A stretch of 64,000 nt of DNA from Octopus vulgaris. Lineage: Eukaryota. Location: positions 111,290,001-111,354,000 of the forward strand of contig OX597815.1 of NCBI GenBank assembly GCA_951406725.2. The letters are read 5' to 3'. Made by a program: the position numbers and the translations under genes. The number at the start of each line of letters is the position of its first letter. Within the stretch, counting starts at the first letter, position 1. The notes below the pieces were generated by a model. The model did not search any database. It had not been told where the DNA came from and was given only the letters and a program-made list of their open reading frames with translations. Positions 57,868 to 64,000 of the stretch are shown in pieces.

Positions 57868-58100
57868 AACGGGAAGCTTTATGAAAATAGACAAAAGACG
57901 AAGGCAGGTGGAATACAAACAAACAATTGTATTAGTATGGCGCTCAGGAAATATAAATAAAACAAGTCTTTAACGTTTCGAGCCTACGCTCTTCAACAGA
58001 AAGATACACAGAGAAAAAAACACAGAAAGAAGGAGAGAAAAAAAGTGCGTGCAGAGGCTAGCGAATCAACATGGCGATCTGATTTCGGCCAGAAGTCAAC
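57868..58100 (-). mobile_element. Short Penelope-pLTR-like insert in (TA)n
   Basis: About 230 bp between (TA)n tracts, containing a minimal hammerhead motif. Confidence 0.55.
57967..58004 (-). ncRNA. Minimal hammerhead variant (38 nt)
   Basis: Minus strand reads TCTTT-CTGTTGA-A-GAGC-GTAG-GCTC-GAAA-CG-TT-AAAGA: perfect stems I and II, palindromic ACGT stem III, core with U in place of A6. Confidence 0.65.
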
Positions 58101-58114
58101 GATATATATATATA

Positions 58115-58510
58115 CTTTTTTATTCCTTTCATTATTTCAGTCATTTGGCTGCGGCCATAATTGAGCACTGCCTTTAGTCGAACAAATCGAACACAGGACT
58201 TACTCTTCGCAAGCCTAGTAATTATTCTATCGGTCTCTTTTGCCGAACCGCTAAGTTACAGGGACGTAAATATACCAACAACGGTTGCCAAGCGATGGTG
58301 GAGGGACAAACACAGGTACATTCATCCATCTATCTATCCATCTATCCATCCATCCATCCATCCATCCATCCATCCATCCATACATACATACATGCATACA
58401 TGCATGCATAAATATACATATGGCTTTGGTTGGGTTGATGCTATAGTAAAAGGTGCTGCAGAGTGGGACTGAACCCTCAACTATGTGGTTAGGAAACAAG
58501 CGTCTAACAA
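58115..58510 (-). mobile_element. SINE family B with internal (CCAT)n
   Basis: TCGGTCTCTTTTGCCGAACCGCTAAGTTAC..GGGACAAACACAG..GTGGGACTGAACCC. Confidence 0.82.
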
Positions 58511-58602
58511 AAAAAGTGTCTATCTGTCTATCTATCTATCTCTCTCTCTATATATATATACATATACATATGCATATATATATATACGCATATACATATA
58601 TG

Positions 58603-58655
<53 letters not shown>

Positions 58656-58815
58656 TTTGGGTCTTTCATGTATTTAATACACTGTATACATTGTTCTGTC
58701 TAATTTGCTTATCTGTACATTTACTTTAAACTCAAGTTGAAATCGCTTGAGCACGACTAGACATTCCCCGTATTGAAACGGAGGATGTCTGATTGTCATC
58801 TATGAACTATATATA

Positions 58816-59685
58816 CGTGGTTTGATCAAAAAGTATCTGGACTATTGCCTTAGTAACGAAGCTAACGTATGCAGAGTGATGCTGCTTTGCACAGATTGAC
58901 GTTAAATTTTGCTGTGCATGCGCATTAAGTTTTAACATTCCAGCTCCCTTCCGCTGTTTACAGCTGTGCTTGGAAGGAACGTGTATAGTGTGTGATCGTC
59001 GCATTGACCATGAATCTGCGTCAAATGTTGCCAAAAGCTTGGCGATACCCGCTCAGAGGCCTACGCAATGTTGCAGAAAGTGTATGAAGAGGAGTGTATA
59101 AGCCGAAAGAATGTCAATAGTAAAGAACGTTCCAGGGGACCTGCAACCAATAGAACTGAAAAAAAAAACCCATCGCAGATACGCGTGCAGTTGTGGGGGG
59201 AATTCCTTGTGTGTTATCAGAAGATGCATTGATTAGTTACGGTACAGTTCAGTTCATTATCACTGAAGATTTGGGTATGAGATGTGTTTCTGCCACGTTT
59301 GTGGCAAAAACTGCTTTCAGTTCACAACACAACTGCCCATTCAGCGCAGCTTGTACCGCCATTTTTTGCTAGGCACAACATTTCCTAGGTTCGACATCCA
59401 CAGCATTTTCCCCTGATCGCGCCACTTGCGACTTCTATTTCTTTACAAAAATCAAATCCCGCTTGAAAGGGAGATTACAGGACGTCGAGGAAATCAAAGC
59501 GAACGCGACGAGGCAGCTGCTGATTATCATAGAAAACGAGTTCCAGGAATGCTTCCATCAATGGAAACAGGGCTGGGTTAAGTGTGTGGCCTCCGAAGGG
59601 AACTACTTTGAAGGAGATTAAATGCCAAATTGGTCTGTGTTATAGTTTTGTGTTGATAGCAGCAGTCTGGATTATTATTGATCAG

Positions 59686-59691
<6 letters not shown>
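58816..59691 (+). mobile_element. Internally deleted mariner (DD34D-type) with both TIRs
   Basis: TIRs CGTGGTTTGATCAAAAAGTATCTGGACT and AGTCTGGATTATTATTGATCAGACCT with TA flanks. Fragments QKLGDT.SEAYAMLQKVYEEE, EDLGMRCVSA.FV, PDRATCDFYFF.KIKSRLKG and FQECFHQWK..WVKCVASEGNYFEGD*. Confidence 0.88.
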
Positions 59692-59725
<34 letters not shown>

Positions 59726-59737
59726 TAGATAGATAGA

Positions 59738-59770
<33 letters not shown>

Positions 59771-59831
59771 GTATGTATATATATATATATATACACACAC
59801 GCACGCACGCACGCACACACACACACGCACG

Positions 59832-59880
<49 letters not shown>

Positions 59881-62212
59881 TTACATACATGTATCTACGC
59901 ATTAAATATTCATAGAAAGACTGAAATTAATAATATGGCATCGGAGTGTCTTGTCAGCATAAGAGGACTCTACATAGTCTGTGTAAAGATATATTCTAGG
60001 TGTTTTGTATTTGCTACAAGCCAAGTAAGGCATTAGTTATCTTCAAATAAATAAGAAGAATCAATAGAAGCTGAACACGGAGATCTACTACTATATGCAT
60101 CATGAGAGAATAGAGAGGGAGGGCTTCTGTTGTTGCATATCACGAAAGAGAATTTTCACTGCGCATTTCAATTCAGCTAAAGCTCTCAAATAACTCTTTT
60201 AAAATGGACAAGGGATATTCCTCGACTGGCTGCATGAAAAAGAAATGTTATTGGTATCAAAAATGCATTAGCTGTTTGACCTTCACATTCAAAGATCTAC
60301 GACAACAAGCAGTCGTCTTCGAGAAAATAGTTGCTGTTATCTTTGCTAACCATCAAAAAAGCACTTTAAAACAATGTCAGAACATAAGAACGTATTTTTA
60401 TTCTGAGGAGACTGTAGGCAAAATGAACTGTGACCGTGACGGTAATAACAAGTCGCCATTATATGGGTGAGCGCTAAGTGATTATGAACAAACAACAGTA
60501 ATGAATGAAGAATATAGATAACTCTAAGTTATGAGGCTAACAGCAACATTCAAACAAATATTCACTATCTACATTAATAAGCAACTACACGAGTGAGCAA
60601 TTTCCTCACGAATCGATAGAAAATCAGCTGATCTTATGTTATCTGCGATGAAAACGGTAGCTGAGTACAACTTGCCTATATCGAGTATTGCAATTTTAAA
60701 CATTGAATGCGCTACTGTATTGCATTATGTTTACTGTTCATTAACAGATGGTAGTATTGAGAAACAGCTGCAATGAGAAGAAAACCACCAAAATAGATGG
60801 CTATCTCCAGAAAAAAATATATGAACAATTAGATTTAATAATCAAGTGCATAGTAAATAATAAATTCAGTGATCCACAATATTGACTTGATGATGTACTA
60901 ACGAAGGTCTAATGAATCATAGGCCTCAAATCACTAGAGAATTGCAAACGGTAAGTGAAAATTATCGTTACCGTAAAATCCCTATGAAAACTTATGGCAG
61001 TTAGAGGCAAGGTGGCACTAAGCTCACCTGTGATATATCTCAGTATGAAAGGTCATACAATCAGATTAGTGAAAGCTCCTTTACAGAATTATACAAAGTT
61101 TTCTTAGCAGGGTTCTGGAATGCAAACAAACAACACAGCAAGAATGTATTTAAATGTGTTACGCAACGAATACTATGCAAATATCTGTTCCGAAAATTAA
61201 AATATCTACAGCGAAATTTCCATAACGTATATTGCAGATTATCGAACGGAAAATAAACTGGAACAGAGGTGATAATCAGTCATCGGTATAGGTATCTGAC
61301 GTTTCAGAGGATAACAGTCATAAACACGTTCAAAAGAACAACGGATGCTGAGATAGATATGCTACACTTTCTGACATTTTCCCGGACATCACCATCAGCT
61401 AAAAAATCAGAAGATGTATATGACCAAGAATTATAGGTTAATATCGTACCTGAATGTGATATAAGTTACACGCCTGTTGAATAAATGCATTTCTCCTGGA
61501 ATATTGTGAAACACAATGTGCTGTCTTATGAGCAGTCAGTAGGAACTGAGTCCATGTTTTGGCCGGGTAGCTAAACCGAAGAAGATTGTAAATCTGTTCA
61601 TTCGTCCATATATAATAGAATCAGTATGTTTTGTTAATATTCTAACTGCATTACGAAAGTAATCATATTTTTCCCTCAGAGCTGTCAATAGCAATTACAA
61701 ATGCTGCAGTATAATTAAAATTAAAAATAAATTAATACCTAAATTAATATCCAATTTTTCACCCTTATTTTTGATTTTAATTATACTGCAGTAAATTATG
61801 TATGCTGTATTTGTTTCCGAGAATTTTGGCACGCTATAACGGGACCATTCGAAACATAAATGCGAATATAATAGACTGAACCACACGTGTGTTTGGCTTT
61901 ACATTAAAATCTGGCGTGCGGTTCAGTAAATTATATTCACAACGAATTCTACTGAGGAGCTGCAGATCTATTATGTAAGTAACATTGCATAATCCATTAA
62001 CAGTGAAACAATTGTCTAGAATTAATCTACATTTTTGTTATTTTTCATTTGTCCTGCTCGTTTACGTTCATAGTTGTGCTAATTCTCCCTGGGAACAATT
62101 CTTGGTGGTTGAGACCATTGCGGATCTATTTTTAGCGCAAGAGCGTCCACATAGTGGACCCTCTCTTATATTTGTGTATATATATATATATATATATATA
62201 AGTATATATGTA

Positions 62213-62314
<102 letters not shown>

Positions 62315-62359
62315 CATGCATACATATATACATACATATATACATATCACCTTAATTGC

Positions 62360-62705
62360 TGCTATAGGCAGAGTCTCACAAAGACATGGACAACAAGACA
62401 GAATAATTGTTTCAGATACTATAACTATTTCAAAGGGAATATTCCTGGGAGATAGTCTTTCTGTACTTCTATTTATTTTGACACTGAATCCATTATCGTT
62501 CCTATTACAGAAAACAAATGGTTACATGCTAGGATCTTTAGCAGCTAGAAACATCAATGTAACTTATATTTTCTTTGTAGACGACATCAAGATTTATGTT
62601 ACAATGCAAAAAAAACAAAACAACTAGAATTAATAGCAACATTTTCAGCTGATATAGGCAGGGAATTTACGAAAAGAAATGTTCATATTTTTTATAGAAA
62701 GAGGA
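62360..62705 (+). mobile_element. Internal RT fragment (domains 4-6) of an R4-like LINE
   Basis: [46 protein letters not shown]. Confidence 0.8.
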
Positions 62706-62814
62706 ATGTTACGTTAGGTAAAATATGTCTGTGACCTATTTCAGCTTCTAAAAACATATTCACAGACGTTACGGTCGATAAAACATTTTGTCTTAAGGTA
62801 AAGTATGTAAAAGC

Positions 62815-63118
62815 GCCATATCTCCGCAGTGTTGCCCTCTATTGGATTCCCGGCAACGCGATTCTTCTCCAAAGGGAAACATTTTAAATAACCTTAAGTT
62901 TACCTATGCCTAATCACTGCGGAGCGCTAAAGCCGCTGAATTTATCCTGAATTGGCAGTCCGATAATGCAACTCAGTGAATGTTGTTGACTGCTCTTTAG
63001 ATTCTAACGAAGGCTTGAAATCTGCCGCTCTCCGCTATTTGCCAATGGGGAAAACTATAGAGTCAGAAGCACTGCATCTGGAAATCTGTTAGAGGGCAAC
63101 ACTTAGAAGATATAGTGG
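62815..63118. mobile_element. MITE with terminal inverted repeats
   Basis: Perfect 14-bp inverted repeat AGTGTTGCCCTCTA (62828-62841) and TAGAGGGCAACACT (63090-63103), extending imperfectly outward; non-coding interior. Confidence 0.55.
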
Positions 63119-63262
63119 TCTTTACTTTATTTTGCAATGATTGAATTTTTCTCCGTCGTAACTGTGGGGAATTTACCCTTAGAAATTGAAATATCCCACG
63201 AACACATTTTACCTAACCTAATGTTCGCTTTTCTGACAAAGTTTAAGTAGAATAAATATGTG

Positions 63263-63652
63263 TATTACCCCCGCCTAAGAGAAGGCGATGACATTGGTTT
63301 CTGTCGTGTTTGTTTGTTTGTTTGTTCGTCCGTGGACAAGATATCTCAAGAACCGCTGAGTGGATTCGGAAGAAACTTTCAGGGATGTTTGGCCTCGTGA
63401 TTGGCACGGAATGCCTAAATTTTAGGATCGATCCGTACCGGACAAGGATTCTGGATTATTTTTCATTAATTTTTTACTTAATTTTTGAGATCTTCGGGTT
63501 CATTTTTAGTATTCTCGTTTGTGAGAGCACTCGTTTGTGAGAGCACTCTAGTTTATTTCAGATAATCTCATTTTAAAAATCATCTCTGGCTAATTGTTGA
63601 TATGACATCGGTGTTGCCTTGGCAGAGGTTTGCGCTCTCTGAATACTCTTGA
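63263..63652 (+). mobile_element. HINE/DINE-1-like (Helentron-associated) non-autonomous element
   Basis: TATTACCCCCGCCTAAG start, (GTTT)n, subterminal inverted repeat CCTTGGCAGAGGT (63617-63629), a 3' stem-loop-like GCGCTCTCTGAATAC and a T-rich end. Confidence 0.7.
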
Positions 63653-63809
63653 TTTCTTTTTTTTTTATATCGAACAGCTTTTTGAACCTACGCAAATATT
63701 CCAGAAATACTGCACACCTTTATAGACCTTTTGTGTGAATAGTTTTCTACGTTGAAAGTACGTCTGCAGCGAACAAATGAAGGAGTTATTAATTTATTTT
63801 AAAGCTGCA

Positions 63810-63915
63810 AGACTGGCAGAAAATTAGAGCGTCGGTGCTTTACGCTGAATTCAAATTCTGCTGTGAGCGATTTTGTCTTTCATTTTCTTGAGTTCGATAA
63901 AATTATGTTCCAGGC
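63810..63915 (+). mobile_element. SINE family A, heavily decayed
   Basis: CTGGCAGAA..TTAG..CTGAATTCAAATTCTG..CTTTCAT..TCGATAAAAT. Confidence 0.6.
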
Positions 63916-64000
63916 TTGGCATCAAATCTATTAAGCATTGCCATTAAGACTTTTATATTATAACCTGACGCAAATTCGTGTAGTTAATTTAATTTCATTC

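Noticed and set aside
60050-61300. Possible decayed hAT-type transposase (EHGDLLLY-like peptide)
   Set aside because: Only one weak motif, with no TIRs or catalytic residues identifiable by eye.

Overview
AT-rich, microsatellite-dense eukaryotic non-coding DNA with no intact protein-coding gene that I can support. Nearly all long ORFs in the track are microsatellite translations or decayed transposon ORFs. The SINE families and the density of (TA)n/(AAT)n/(CA)n suggest a cephalopod, probably Octopus; this is recognised from memory, not from a search. Recognisable elements: two tRNA-derived SINE families; four R4/Dong-type RLE retrotransposon pieces in or next to (TAA)n arrays, plus a further RT fragment; a HERO-like RLE LINE; a full-length but dead Tc1 (DD34E); three mariner-type remnants, one a fold-back; three Helitron-type elements and a HINE/DINE-like MITE; a Penelope GIY-YIG fragment; and a CCHC ORF1 fragment. 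The most notable hidden layer is a set of type-I hammerhead ribozyme motifs from at least five unrelated sequence families, arranged as Penelope-style tandem or inverted repeats. One pair lies 496 nt apart in tandem (retrozyme/circRNA-like). Another family forms the tail of a tRNA-headed, (AAT)n-containing SINE present head-to-head, a candidate Penelope-mobilised, ribozyme-tailed SINE whose internal (AAT)n appears to act as a landing pad for other retroelements.
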